Shown piece by piece: positions 36,144 through 46,540 of a DNA stretch of 64,000 nt. The stretch's first letter is position 1, and every line of letters starts with the position of its first letter. The position numbers and the translations under genes were made by a program. Below the pieces are notes generated by a model. It saw nothing but the letters and a program-made list of their open reading frames with translations. It was not told where the DNA came from and did not search any database. The stretch lies in IMG/VR virus record IMGVR_UViG_3300009503_000018, positions 75,528 through 139,527 of that record. One strand, written 5' to 3'. The DNA is from a virus.

Positions 36144-37685
36144 CTAATTAATCAGAACCTGTGTTCCCACTATTGTTACAACTCCTCCACCCGTTATTGT
36201 TACTGCTCCCCCACCCGATATTGTCACATTCCCGCTGGCCGAAACAGAGATCGTCGTCGCATTCTCTGATAATGATGTCGCTGCTTGAATCGTAATTGTT
36301 CCGTCCGATTGCTGCGTAATACTCACGCCGGCGCGATCTCGAATCATGGTTTCTGCCGTTCGAGTAATGTTCAATCCATTATCTTTCACGTCCGTCCCAG
36401 CAATGCGCCGAATTTTTCCTCCCGCGACGTGTTTAATATCTTTTTTTGCGGTCTGCGTAATATTGTCAGCTACCATTGATACGCCTTTTCCGAGTACTTG
36501 AATTGCTTTCTTTGCGTATATCGTCCATCCACCCCCATTCGCATTGAGGCGACCACCATCTTCACTCTCCGAAGATATCGTTACACCCCCCTCCTCATCA
36601 ATATCATGAGCATAGACTTGTTTCCCATCTTTATTAATAAGTAGCCGATGCCGTAAGGATTTGCCGACTGGACCAATCCCGCTTAATTTTCCTCCATCTC
36701 CCCCAATAGGCCCAATACCAGTTATTATGCCCGCTAAATCGCTTGCTGTAGATATAATATCGTCTAAACTGCCACCAATTCCATTAATTACCGTGTTAAT
36801 AGCCGTCGAAATTGCATCAATCTGGTTATTTACAAAACTAACAACTTGATCGGCGATTTGTCCTAGGCTTTGTACAAACTGATCTTTGAGAGCACCAATA
36901 TCACCTTTAAAAAAACTTGTCGCCACATCGCCGACGTTTGGAAGTTGAAGTTGCGTCGTCGTTCCATTTCCACTAGTCCCGCTCAGCTCAACTACGCCGT
37001 TCGTATTCACAACTTCTCCGAGCGACTCTTGCACAAGCAAGTTTCCCTGCTCGTCAAATAACCGTACATCAAATTCCCGTATTGGCGTAGGACCATTGTT
37101 TGGTTGTCCAGAACCTGCGGTCGGAAGTTCGCGTGCTGAGACCCCAGGAAACAGCCGGTACGCATGTCCAAACCGTAACCAACTTTGACCATCAGTGACT
37201 TTAAACGCAGTTTGACTATGTTCAATTAAGCTTTCTATTCCAAAGATATGAATACGACCAGACAGACCCATTAACAGGACATCGCCCATATTGTTAAATC
37301 GGAGATATCCCCCTCCGGAAGAACGAATGTCTATCTCCCCGGGTCGCAACGCTTGTCCCATTTCCGGACCTTCCCCACCAGCCCGATTCTTTTCGTTTTT
37401 TTCAAAACCTTCGGTTCTAGCGGAATATGCCCACGGATGCCAACCTAAAATGGCCGCAGAATCATCAGGACGAATTCCGACTAAAACCACATCATTAACT
37501 TGGGGGATAAAACGAATCCACGCATCGCGGCTCATTGCGACAACCGGCATCGGAACACCGTCACGAAATCCAAAGTGATCGCAAAACTGAATAGACACCT
37601 TACCCGCTTTTTCATCCACAGCGGTAATTAAGGCAAACATTATTCGGTCGTAATTTCCTTTGGCCAAATACGGATCTGAAATCAT
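36144..37685 (-). CDS. Central spike protein (gp5/gpV/VgrG-like OB fold plus beta-helix)
   Basis: N-terminal OB fold (FIPQVNDVVLVG), C-terminal I-T-I-x-G beta-strand repeats ending GTQVLIN. Confidence 0.75.
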   Translation of the reverse strand: MISDPYLAKGNYDRIMFALITAVDEKAGKVSIQFCDHFGFRDGVPMPVVAMSRDAWIRFIPQVNDVVLVGIRPDDSAAILGWHPWAYSARTEGFEKNEKNRAGGEGPEMGQALRPGEIDIRSSGGGYLRFNNMGDVLLMGLSGRIHIFGIESLIEHSQTAFKVTDGQSWLRFGHAYRLFPGVSARELPTAGSGQPNNGPTPIREFDVRLFDEQGNLLVQESLGEVVNTNGVVELSGTSGNGTTTQLQLPNVGDVATSFFKGDIGALKDQFVQSLGQIADQVVSFVNNQIDAISTAINTVINGIGGSLDDIISTASDLAGIITGIGPIGGDGGKLSGIGPVGKSLRHRLLINKDGKQVYAHDIDEEGGVTISSESEDGGRLNANGGGWTIYAKKAIQVLGKGVSMVADNITQTAKKDIKHVAGGKIRRIAGTDVKDNGLNITRTAETMIRDRAGVSITQQSDGTITIQAATSLSENATTISVSASGNVTISGGGAVTITGGGVVTIVGTQVLIN

Positions 37686-39907
37686 TATGCTTTCATCCTC
37701 GATATAATTTGGTTCAATTGTTCAACCAGTTTTTGTCGCTCTGTTTCATTCAATGTAAGCGGTTGTCCTAATTGATCAGCAATCTTTTCTAGTTGCTGTT
37801 TATCGGTCGTCGATAGAACTTCTTTTCCTGTTGCTGCTTCTTCGCGTAATATTTCTGACAATAAATCACGAGCCATATTACTCGAAGGATCTCGGACGCT
37901 GTTCTCCGCCGGGCCGCCCAAAGAATGAATTACTGGACGCGCACCGAATTGGGAGTCCCCAGACGTGTTTGTATTTCGTACCCAGGACCATCCAAAATCG
38001 CCGGAAATTTTCGTCCATGTCGCATTTTTGACATCAAAATGCCGAATATAGCGTAATTCATATACTGTTTGGGCAAGAGCCCCCCACACAATTTGGTGAT
38101 GGATCGCAACACAATACCCAATAATATTTCGATATTTAAAGAAATACGGTCGTCCAATCGGCGCTCTAAAATTTGGTAGAGTCTCAAGACCCTCAAGGCG
38201 AAAAGCATCGGAATTCGAGAGTTCCTGAGCCATAGCAGCCAATGCTTTTAACGACGAATTTAAATAATCTCGTGAATATTTAAATGGACGCCTTTCGATT
38301 TTTTGACGTACACCGAATCGTGCTGCTAATTCGGGATTAAATTCTACACCAATAGCTACGGGCGGAAGACCCTCGGGGTTGATATCGGCAATTGGCGACC
38401 CTTCAATAATCGTCAACGTAGTAATATTCCGATCATCCTCCGTCATAGAAAACTTCGAAAACTCATTCTGGATCTGGAGAATGTTTCTCCACGGTTTTGC
38501 GTGTAATTGAGGAATCATGTCATATTGAGGAAATTCAAGGACAATATCGCCCTTCGGCGTCGCGTACCACACACTATCTTGTTTTGTTACGAACTCGTTA
38601 ATTACGTCTAGACGCGAGCGAAAATCGGAATAGTACGTAATTTGCATAGCCCAGTCATATGGCCACCGGAAACTCGCGCTGGGATCCGTTGACTCACTCG
38701 TGAATGCGGTTTTCGCCGGGAGAATAACCCAAAACGTATTAGGCTCTGGTGCGATACTGGGCTCTGCACCTAGAGACCAATCCGCACCATATCTATCTAC
38801 TTGCTCTTCTGTAAGAATCGGATATATTCTATCCAGGGCCTCGCTGACTTTTCGTTCGATCGCTCCCCCACCAGCCGATCCGTCGATAATCACGAGTTCT
38901 TTATTGTTTGGATTAAATCCAAGCAATCCTGTGACTAATTGCATGCCGGGTTCAGTCTGGTTATTCAAGAAATTTGATGGCCGATGACCGGTGTCGCCAA
39001 AGAGCAAAAAGTCCATAATACCTTGCGGACCAGAACCGTCTGGATTCGTATTGACTAACCGCATTCCAGCCTGAATCGCCGCGTTGCCGGTCGCAAGGGT
39101 TGCATCACCCGAAATTCGCTTGAAGAATGCGGCAGCGTCTTGCCCAACGAACAACTCATTCGTCACGTTAATGTTAAAAACGTTCGGACTTGTCGTTGTC
39201 CGCATATACCGCAACAAACGACGAATATCTTCACAGAATAAATGTAATTTGGATTGATTCGTCTCTGAATCAAAATCTTCAGTAACAGCCGAAACATATC
39301 CCGTAAAGGCAAAGTACCACTCCTCTTGGCTTCCCGCCGTTTGCGATTTATTCGCAATACTCCACGGATTTTTAAAGAACACACGAACAGGATCGCCCAT
39401 CTGGATCATCGGCGACCCCGGCAGAAACGGGAAATTTCGATCATTTTTGAAACGATTCAACACGGCTTGACCAGCTTGACCTAATGATTGATTCTTACCA
39501 AGAGAAGCTCGGAAATTTGCGATCTTTTTTTTCGCGAATTTTACGGGAGTAATTTTTCGGCGAGTTTGGGTGCTCGTCCCTATGGCGCCTTTCTTAAATA
39601 ACGGTCCATCATTGTCTCCTAATGACAATTCATCGGGAATAAAATCATACCGCATTAAGCTTAATGCGGTAGGCACAATCCATTTCAAATTATCATTCAC
39701 AATATGAATTTCCGCTGTCCCAACATTATCATTCATTTGCTGACTGACTTGGACCGCATACACATCATCAGTAATTTCGATGCCCCAGATAAATACACGA
39801 TAGTCGGGTGCGCCAATAAAAACCTGACTCTCTTTTTGTGGCGTATCAACTGAATACGATACGCGATCAGTCAGGCTATCTCCGATGGTCCCTGTCTTAT
39901 CTGCCAT
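37685..39907 (-). CDS. Baseplate hub protein (gp27/gpD-like)
   Basis: Located between the tube initiator and the spike; IQMGDPVRVFFK, FTGYVSAV, WYATPKGDIVLEFPQYD. Confidence 0.65.
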   Translation of the reverse strand: MADKTGTIGDSLTDRVSYSVDTPQKESQVFIGAPDYRVFIWGIEITDDVYAVQVSQQMNDNVGTAEIHIVNDNLKWIVPTALSLMRYDFIPDELSLGDNDGPLFKKGAIGTSTQTRRKITPVKFAKKKIANFRASLGKNQSLGQAGQAVLNRFKNDRNFPFLPGSPMIQMGDPVRVFFKNPWSIANKSQTAGSQEEWYFAFTGYVSAVTEDFDSETNQSKLHLFCEDIRRLLRYMRTTTSPNVFNINVTNELFVGQDAAAFFKRISGDATLATGNAAIQAGMRLVNTNPDGSGPQGIMDFLLFGDTGHRPSNFLNNQTEPGMQLVTGLLGFNPNNKELVIIDGSAGGGAIERKVSEALDRIYPILTEEQVDRYGADWSLGAEPSIAPEPNTFWVILPAKTAFTSESTDPSASFRWPYDWAMQITYYSDFRSRLDVINEFVTKQDSVWYATPKGDIVLEFPQYDMIPQLHAKPWRNILQIQNEFSKFSMTEDDRNITTLTIIEGSPIADINPEGLPPVAIGVEFNPELAARFGVRQKIERRPFKYSRDYLNSSLKALAAMAQELSNSDAFRLEGLETLPNFRAPIGRPYFFKYRNIIGYCVAIHHQIVWGALAQTVYELRYIRHFDVKNATWTKISGDFGWSWVRNTNTSGDSQFGARPVIHSLGGPAENSVRDPSSNMARDLLSEILREEAATGKEVLSTTDKQQLEKIADQLGQPLTLNETERQKLVEQLNQIISRMKA

Positions 39908-40620
39908 TAGCTAGCATTTGTCACGATTTGTTCGGCTTGAGCAAATAGTGTTTCTAGATCCGGAATAGTGTTATGAACAATAAGACCCAAACTCCATTCA
40001 ACGAGGAACGGGTTTCTTGCCGAATGACGCCACTCAATCGGAGCCGTGAAATGCCCCACGAATGTAACAGGAGTGGGCAATGCTGGTGTTTGTAATCGAA
40101 TATAATGATTGTTAATCCCGTTCTCAGTGACAAACGGCTCTCGGGTGATCCGCCACAACCGTAGCCAGTCCCGTTGCTTCGGCGTAATCGGGTTTTGTCC
40201 GGCGGCAGTAGTTGTGTTAGCAGTCGGAATAAACAACGATTCAATATTTGCAACTTCCGTACTCAGTACTTCGCGAACAGTGCGTGGCGTCTGGCGTTCG
40301 AACGCCAATGACCGCGTAATTCCCCGCATACGAATTTCGAGCAGGTCGAGATGATTGGACGAACGATCTTTCCGCCAAAAGAAAAACGCGCGACCATCTT
40401 TAATAATCTGTTCGGAAATGCGGGATCGCTGAACAAATTCGATGTCTTGAGGAGCGACTTTCAGACGTATTCCAACTACTTTCGGATCGACAGATTCAGT
40501 ATTAACTCCACCAATCGTTCGTAACGCCTCATCTGTAAAAATCTCTACACCTTGACCTTTATCTTTTGGAATATTATTGAATAATGCATCAGCAAGCGCC
40601 GGAATTGGAAATGTCGGCAT
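39907..40620 (-). CDS. Tail tube initiator-like baseplate protein
   Basis: Position after the tape-measure genes; LKVAPQDIEF and FVGHF...WRHSARNPFLVEW pattern. Confidence 0.5.
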   Translation of the reverse strand: MPTFPIPALADALFNNIPKDKGQGVEIFTDEALRTIGGVNTESVDPKVVGIRLKVAPQDIEFVQRSRISEQIIKDGRAFFFWRKDRSSNHLDLLEIRMRGITRSLAFERQTPRTVREVLSTEVANIESLFIPTANTTTAAGQNPITPKQRDWLRLWRITREPFVTENGINNHYIRLQTPALPTPVTFVGHFTAPIEWRHSARNPFLVEWSLGLIVHNTIPDLETLFAQAEQIVTNAS

Positions 40621-40641
40621 AATCCCCCTCCATCGAATAAA

Positions 40642-41103
40642 CTACGCAGCGCGTGTCCATCCGCACATAGTACACATAAATCCACCGTTCACACGGTTCT
40701 TTTCGTCCAAATTACGACACCGTGGACATTCAAGGTCCATTGTGCCTGTTCCTTGTGCAAGATGCTTGTTAAGCGGAAGTCGATAACGACGCCATCCAAT
40801 AATAGACAAAACCCCAAACACAACCAATTGGACTGTATGATTTGCCACAATAAACCATACCAATCGCGGTGCTACTTCAGGATTATCAAGTAGAAAGTCC
40901 AAGAGAAAAAAGCCGGTTCCAACCACAAACGTGAACAGACCCATGCTTACAACAATCACCACCAACGTCCCAAGAAACTTTCCGACACGCACCACGTCCG
41001 CGCGCAATTGGGTTATCTCCCCCCGAGCGACCTTCTCGTTTAGGCTAAGATCTGCATAAGCTATGCCGGAAGTCCGCAAAGAGTTCTCAATGCTGTTCAT
41101 CAA
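40642..41103 (-). CDS. Two-TM membrane protein with C-terminal Zn-ribbon
   Basis: Two long hydrophobic segments, then CPRC...CTMC. Confidence 0.7.
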   Translation of the reverse strand: MMNSIENSLRTSGIAYADLSLNEKVARGEITQLRADVVRVGKFLGTLVVIVVSMGLFTFVVGTGFFLLDFLLDNPEVAPRLVWFIVANHTVQLVVFGVLSIIGWRRYRLPLNKHLAQGTGTMDLECPRCRNLDEKNRVNGGFMCTMCGWTRAA

Positions 41104-41131
41104 AGACCCCTTTCATCTTTTTTATACAAAA

Positions 41132-41160
41132 TAAATAGCACAATCGCGCTGTTTTGTCAA
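41132..41160 (-). promoter_or_regulatory. Possible sigma70 promoter for the membrane-protein gene
   Basis: TTGACA-N17-TATTTA with a TG extension; the -10 lacks the final T. Confidence 0.4.
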
Positions 41161-41161
41161 A

Positions 41162-43135
41162 TTACTCTGTCGGTTCAACACCATAAATACCACTCCTCGC
41201 CACGTCCATTTTCTTCAATGTCCCCGTACTAAAAACGTGGTTTGTTGTTTGAACACTCGCGGCAGGGCGATAAGGGCGAGCCCCCGGTTCTACCCCGACT
41301 GTCTGGTTAATGTTTGCAGCCATTGTAGAAACGGCGTTTGGTAATTCGTTCGCAACACGGGCTGCCCCAAAAACCGGAGTAGAAAAGAGTCCCGCAGCCA
41401 TTGTCCCCGCCGAGACGAGATCACCAGGTCCTGGCGGCGTTGGTCCGGGCAAGCCCTTGAGCGCCGAGAAAACACTCATGGTTGTACGTCCCCAATTCTG
41501 CCAATACCCATGCGCCCACAACCGTACATCCATCAAAGTGTTTGCGATTCTGTCCATAGTAGATAGCATAGCACGACCTTGCTTGTCCGCCGCTTCCAAC
41601 ATATCTTTTTGTAGCCCAGCCTCTTCTAACCGCTTTTTAACGTGAGGATCTCTTTGAGCTTCGCGCATATAATCTTTCAAAATTCTTGTCATCGCGCCCG
41701 GGTCCGTTGGGCTGACCCCACGAAGTTTAGCACGCTCGGTCAATTCGTGCATTAAACGTTCGATCGCGGCTGCCTGCGTAGGGAGAATCCCCATTGTTTT
41801 TTCCACCGCAGCAAAAGCTGCTATTTGTTGTTCGGGTCCATAACTTTCAAAAAATTGATGAAGACCCATGAATTTTGTCAGCGCCATTCGCGCGGCAAAG
41901 CCACGACGACCTCGTGTCAAAGCCTGTTGCTCTTGCAGCATCAGCAATCGAGGATCTTTGAACTGCGGCAACGCTCGTTCTTGCAATTGCTTTAGGAGGT
42001 TACGCCCGGCGGCTGTTTGTGACAACAGCAAACGTTCGATTTGACTCCGCCGGAAAACTTCGGCCGTTCCCATACGTGTTACATCTGGAAGAACGCCTTG
42101 AAATATACCCGCGCCAATAGGTCCCATTTGTCCCGGGCGGAACATGGGCCCGCCCGGACCTGTGGCCATCGTTTTTACTAATGCTTCAGCAATAGTATTC
42201 ATATCACGTAGCGACGCACCACTATTTTTTCCTCCCGCAGTAATTTGTCCTAACACATCAATCAATGTTTGACCGGCAGACAGCGTCCTCGCAATACTCG
42301 AATTCGTCTGCCAACTCACCGCCAAGAATTCGAGTTGAGCCGACCGCATATCCAAAACCATTCGGCGTGCGTTTTTAAGGCTTTCACCGTAATGCGTGAC
42401 CGTCTCTATTTGCAAAGCCGCGACGGTTTGCGGCTTTAAATTCATGATCCGCTCTGTCGCTAATGCAAATTGCACTTCACGTTCACTTCCCTCAGCAAAA
42501 CCAACACCGACTTTAGACAATTGATCAAGTAGCGCGGCAACTTGTTCCTGTGTGGCACCTGTCGATCGTGAAATATCGCGCACGGCGAGCATATATCGAG
42601 CACCAATATCATCAAAATCGACATCCAAGCGGTGTCCGGCAGTCACAATCGGTGCAACCCGGGCACCAATCATGCGGAACCCTTCGTACTGGAACATCAG
42701 TTCCTTCATGACGAGGCCGCCGATCATGCCGGCAATAGGTGCCCAAACGCCGCCGACCCCAAGCAACCGCATCAAACCTCTGCCCGCGAAAGACCCCAAG
42801 TCTTCGCCGACTTTCCCAAGACCAGGAGAGATTTGTCCAAGCGTCGTCGGAATTCCACGTTGGAACGATTGCTGAACAGTTTTTGCCAGACTCTGTGCGA
42901 ATTCTAAAGATTTACCCCGAGACGTTTCGAAAAACTGAGTCATCATGCGTTCCATCTTGGAACTCATCTTGGACAAATGTTTCTCAAATTCGTCGGCCGC
43001 TTTCCGCGTCCCTTCGATCATCGCACGGGTGTTTTCTTCGACTTGGCGTCGGCTTTCTTCAAACATTCGCTCGATGTCTTGTGGTGACGACTCTGGAGTT
43101 AGCGGTCGTCCATATGGGTCATATAGTACCGGCAT
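41162..43135 (-). CDS. Tape-measure-like protein 2 (paralog of the upstream gene)
   Basis: Helical, Ala/Gly-rich; ungapped homology with 43136-45418. Confidence 0.7.
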   Translation of the reverse strand: MPVLYDPYGRPLTPESSPQDIERMFEESRRQVEENTRAMIEGTRKAADEFEKHLSKMSSKMERMMTQFFETSRGKSLEFAQSLAKTVQQSFQRGIPTTLGQISPGLGKVGEDLGSFAGRGLMRLLGVGGVWAPIAGMIGGLVMKELMFQYEGFRMIGARVAPIVTAGHRLDVDFDDIGARYMLAVRDISRSTGATQEQVAALLDQLSKVGVGFAEGSEREVQFALATERIMNLKPQTVAALQIETVTHYGESLKNARRMVLDMRSAQLEFLAVSWQTNSSIARTLSAGQTLIDVLGQITAGGKNSGASLRDMNTIAEALVKTMATGPGGPMFRPGQMGPIGAGIFQGVLPDVTRMGTAEVFRRSQIERLLLSQTAAGRNLLKQLQERALPQFKDPRLLMLQEQQALTRGRRGFAARMALTKFMGLHQFFESYGPEQQIAAFAAVEKTMGILPTQAAAIERLMHELTERAKLRGVSPTDPGAMTRILKDYMREAQRDPHVKKRLEEAGLQKDMLEAADKQGRAMLSTMDRIANTLMDVRLWAHGYWQNWGRTTMSVFSALKGLPGPTPPGPGDLVSAGTMAAGLFSTPVFGAARVANELPNAVSTMAANINQTVGVEPGARPYRPAASVQTTNHVFSTGTLKKMDVARSGIYGVEPTE

Positions 43136-45418
43136 TTACCCAATTCTCCCCGGGAGATTTGCAATGACTCTCCGCACATAATCAACAGTACTTAATCCAG
43201 TCGCCAAATCTCTTGATCGCAAAGCCCGTGCAAGAGGTTTTCCACTATGCCAGACAGAAGCAACATCTTCTACGGTCTTATATTGTCTCATGAGTTTTGC
43301 CAATTGATAATTAACAATCTGTTCCTGCAAAGCAGGATTATCATAAAACTCTCTCGGAGTAATTGCATATCCCAGAGCTTCTTTAGACCATTCTGGGATA
43401 TTGGCTGGCATCACTTGATATCGTCCAAGAGCGCGTTGTCCAAAATATCGTGACGAAGGATCAGTAATTACCGGTCCAATCGCATGATATCCCCCACGAC
43501 TTTTGCTTTCTACGGCTGCTAACGCTTCTTTAACACCAAACAGCGCACTCTCATCCACAAACGTCGTTGTTTGTTCGATGCCGCGTGAAGTAGATTTGGA
43601 ATATGAAAAAACAGGAGTAGAACGCGATGGGAAAATACCGGGTTTGACCGGTACTTCGGCAGGAGGAGCCTCTCGAATCGCCGGTACATCAAGACGAGTG
43701 GGCGGAAGTGGAGCTGCTTCCGGCCGCGTTGCGGCGGCAGCTTCCCGTGGAGCAAGCAATTGAATCGCTTGATCAAACAATATTGATCCCTTTGTCGCTA
43801 GATCATCAAAGAATTTTCCATTCGTCAGTTCAGCTAACCCTTCAGCGACAGAAGCCAATTTCTCTTGCACAGCAAGCATCGCTTTATCTTTTGTCGATAA
43901 AGCCCCGGCTGTTAACTGGGCGGCCTGCCGCATAATTTCTTCAGGATTTTTTCCAGCATATTCCGTGCCTCGCGTCGCTTCTTTGTATGCGGCACTCTGT
44001 CCAATTGCCATAAATGCTTCTTGTGGCTTCATCCCTCTTTCGAGGTTTTTTCGAAATTCATCAGCCATTGTCATTACGACATATCCGGCCATTCCTCCAA
44101 GCCCAAACGCTGCTTCCAACCTCAAGAGCGTCGCCGTTGATTGCTGTTCGACTGTGCCCGGAAAAGAAGCACGCATCGCTGAGATCCCTTCCAAAATTGA
44201 CATGAAATACTGCGATGTCAGCGCCTGGTTCGTGGCCATTAACTGCGTCAATGGAATCGTAATTAAAGCAGGATCAAGCCTGTTGATCTCCGCTAACCCT
44301 TGTGCCGCTGCGAGGATTTGTTGGCCTCGCGGACTTCGGCTCAAGATATCGGAAATCCAAATCCCTTGCGTAATATTTTGTCTCATACTCCCTGTTGTAC
44401 TTGGGGCCATGCGCTGCATGAATTCTCTTACTACACCCCCCATCATTCCTGGTCGAAGCCCCATTTGCCCCATCGTATTTACCATGCCGAGGAGCATAGT
44501 ATTCATTGCTGTTGCTTCGAGCGCCGTCCCTTTTACAGCGCCGGCAACATCCTGATACAATTGTGCGAGCATATTCGTGCTCGAAAGGGCAACAGCAAGA
44601 GAGCTGTGAGTACGGCGTGCTACGTTGTGCCAATATTCAGTCGCTGAAGAAACACCTTGCAATATTTTCGCCACATCTTGCCATGACTCTCCATATTGAG
44701 TAATGATCGTTGCATCTAATGCCTCAACAAGCCCAGATTCCAAGTTTAAAACCTTTTCTGCGGCTAAAGCGTATCGTGTTGCCTTTTCTCCTGCTTGATC
44801 AAACCGAATACCCAAACGTGACAATTCCGCGGCTAATCCGAAGATTTCTTCTTGTGAAGCCCTTGTTGCTCGTTGAATATCTGTCGAAATTCGTAGTGCT
44901 TGTGCTCCAGAACGTGTAAAATCAGTCCGCAACTCATGTCCGGCCGTGAGTACTGGCATCAACCGGGCCCCTAACATACGAATCCCTTCCCGCGCCTGAA
45001 TTCCAGCCACAAATCCCCCACCTAAGAGTGCGCCAAGTTGGCGACCCAGTTCCGGAGATTTTCCGAATTGCTGTGCTAACCCTTTCCCTAATGCTGCCCC
45101 AATCGCTTTTCCCGCTTCAACGCCGAGTCTTCCAAAGCCGCCCTCGCCGACTATTTTGGTCATATCGCGCAAGACATTTTCAAACCCACCAACCACACTC
45201 CCCATCAATCGAAGGCTTAAAGATTGGAATCGCGTTAGGTTTTTTTCACTTGTTTCTTGATATTTTTTTGTTCCGGATTCAACGGTTTGAACATAGAGTT
45301 TTTGCATTGCGCTCAGAGACCGCAACGCGGATTCTGTATAGATCTGAAAAAGCTCTTGCTGCTTTTTCAGTGTCTCGGTAAAAATTCGTTGCTGTTGCTC
45401 AAGTTCTTCGGCTGTCAT
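43136..45418 (-). CDS. Tape-measure-like protein 1 with C-terminal lytic transglycosylase/lysozyme-like domain
   Basis: Follows the tail chaperones; C-terminal LAAVES...GYHAIG...ALGRYQVMP...VASVWHSG. Confidence 0.8.
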   Translation of the reverse strand: MTAEELEQQQRIFTETLKKQQELFQIYTESALRSLSAMQKLYVQTVESGTKKYQETSEKNLTRFQSLSLRLMGSVVGGFENVLRDMTKIVGEGGFGRLGVEAGKAIGAALGKGLAQQFGKSPELGRQLGALLGGGFVAGIQAREGIRMLGARLMPVLTAGHELRTDFTRSGAQALRISTDIQRATRASQEEIFGLAAELSRLGIRFDQAGEKATRYALAAEKVLNLESGLVEALDATIITQYGESWQDVAKILQGVSSATEYWHNVARRTHSSLAVALSSTNMLAQLYQDVAGAVKGTALEATAMNTMLLGMVNTMGQMGLRPGMMGGVVREFMQRMAPSTTGSMRQNITQGIWISDILSRSPRGQQILAAAQGLAEINRLDPALITIPLTQLMATNQALTSQYFMSILEGISAMRASFPGTVEQQSTATLLRLEAAFGLGGMAGYVVMTMADEFRKNLERGMKPQEAFMAIGQSAAYKEATRGTEYAGKNPEEIMRQAAQLTAGALSTKDKAMLAVQEKLASVAEGLAELTNGKFFDDLATKGSILFDQAIQLLAPREAAAATRPEAAPLPPTRLDVPAIREAPPAEVPVKPGIFPSRSTPVFSYSKSTSRGIEQTTTFVDESALFGVKEALAAVESKSRGGYHAIGPVITDPSSRYFGQRALGRYQVMPANIPEWSKEALGYAITPREFYDNPALQEQIVNYQLAKLMRQYKTVEDVASVWHSGKPLARALRSRDLATGLSTVDYVRRVIANLPGRIG

Positions 45419-45924
45419 CGAACAATCTTAATTCGGCGCTTTTTTTGTGCTTCAGCTTTTTCTGCTATGGCATCAACTTTTTTCAAAATTTGAGGCTCAT
45501 TTTGAGGTTGCTGGTCTGGATTTCTTTCTAAGCGCATTTTCTTCGCCTTTACCTTTTCTTCCGCCTGTGCAACAACACTATCAATTTCGGTCAGCAACCC
45601 CTCTTTTTCGAGCATTTCTGCTTGGCGTTCATAAATACTTTCATCAACGCTTGATTCTTCTACACGAACATGTGTGTTCGCCAATTTTGAATATGCTTCG
45701 GGATTTAAGACTGCCGAAAGCGGGATCGCGTGAACAGGATCATCCGCATTAATTGGCGATTCAGGCGATTCAGAGAACATAGATAAATCCGTCCCAACAA
45801 ATCGAGCCCAACGGCGCATTTCCCTCCGTTCCCGGCTAATTTGCATTTGGTGTGCCATGATCCACCGCGCTGTATTCATCTTTCCGAGCCGAGGATCGGT
45901 AGGAGGAATATTCCAATCCGCCAA
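45415..45924 (-). CDS. Tail assembly chaperone, C-terminal (GT-like) frame reached by -1 frameshift
   Basis: The frame is open upstream into the -1 frame of the slippery site and has no good SD or ATG of its own. Confidence 0.7.
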   Translation of the reverse strand: MADWNIPPTDPRLGKMNTARWIMAHQMQISRERREMRRWARFVGTDLSMFSESPESPINADDPVHAIPLSAVLNPEAYSKLANTHVRVEESSVDESIYERQAEMLEKEGLLTEIDSVVAQAEEKVKAKKMRLERNPDQQPQNEPQILKKVDAIAEKAEAQKKRRIKIVR

Positions 45925-45972
45925 TACCCTTTGCTTCAGCGCGAGAAAAGGGTATTGGCTTAGGAGTTTTTT
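45920..45972 (-). other. Programmed -1 ribosomal frameshift signal
   Basis: In-frame A_AAA_AAC (45972-45966), 6-nt spacer, perfect 13-bp stem GCCAATACCCTTT/AAAGGGTATTGGC (45959-45920). Confidence 0.85.
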
Positions 45973-46418
45973 ATGTCTTCCTCCGAAACGATCCGGGTCG
46001 GCAATTCAACTTCCTTTTGAAACAGATCGTACAATTCTTCCAAATATTCCCGAGGCAGCTTCGAGTACACTTTAGTGTGCAAATTATATGCAATTAGGTA
46101 TTTTGAATTTGATGCAATAAATTCTCGTGCTGACAATGGAATCCCTTCGCCCACTTCGTCCAAACCCGGAATCTGTTCGACCGGAACTCCATCAATGGCG
46201 ACTGTCGCAACCGCCAACGTGGGCGATCGTTGAGAAGACAACATGACCATTGGACCATTCATATTAATGAACTGGTCTCTCCAGGTATAATCTTCATCGA
46301 ACAACGACCGAAACGTATATGTCTTTCCACGACACGTAACCGTTTTTGTGACTTTCCCCTTTTCGATCAAATCATACAGATCATCAAGGGGGTTAATTGC
46401 CGACTTCGGTATGCTCAT
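45960..46418 (-). CDS. Tail assembly chaperone (G-like)
   Basis: Between tube and tape-measure genes; TYTFRSL and TLAVATVAIDGVP; ends at the slippery site. Confidence 0.8.
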   Translation of the reverse strand: MSIPKSAINPLDDLYDLIEKGKVTKTVTCRGKTYTFRSLFDEDYTWRDQFINMNGPMVMLSSQRSPTLAVATVAIDGVPVEQIPGLDEVGEGIPLSAREFIASNSKYLIAYNLHTKVYSKLPREYLEELYDLFQKEVELPTRIVSEEDIKNS

Positions 46419-46443
46419 AACACCTCCAAAAAATTAAAAATAC

Positions 46444-46465
46444 ACAAAACCCCAAAGGGTTTTGT
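46444..46465 (-). terminator. Intrinsic terminator or attenuator after the tail tube gene
   Basis: 9-bp stem ACAAAACCC/GGGTTTTGT followed by a T-rich run on the minus strand. Confidence 0.6.
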
Positions 46466-46540
46466 CTTATTATATTCTTGAAAAAGGAAAAGATATAGAT
46501 AAAGGAAGGAAAGGAAACGACTTTTAACTACACATATCAA

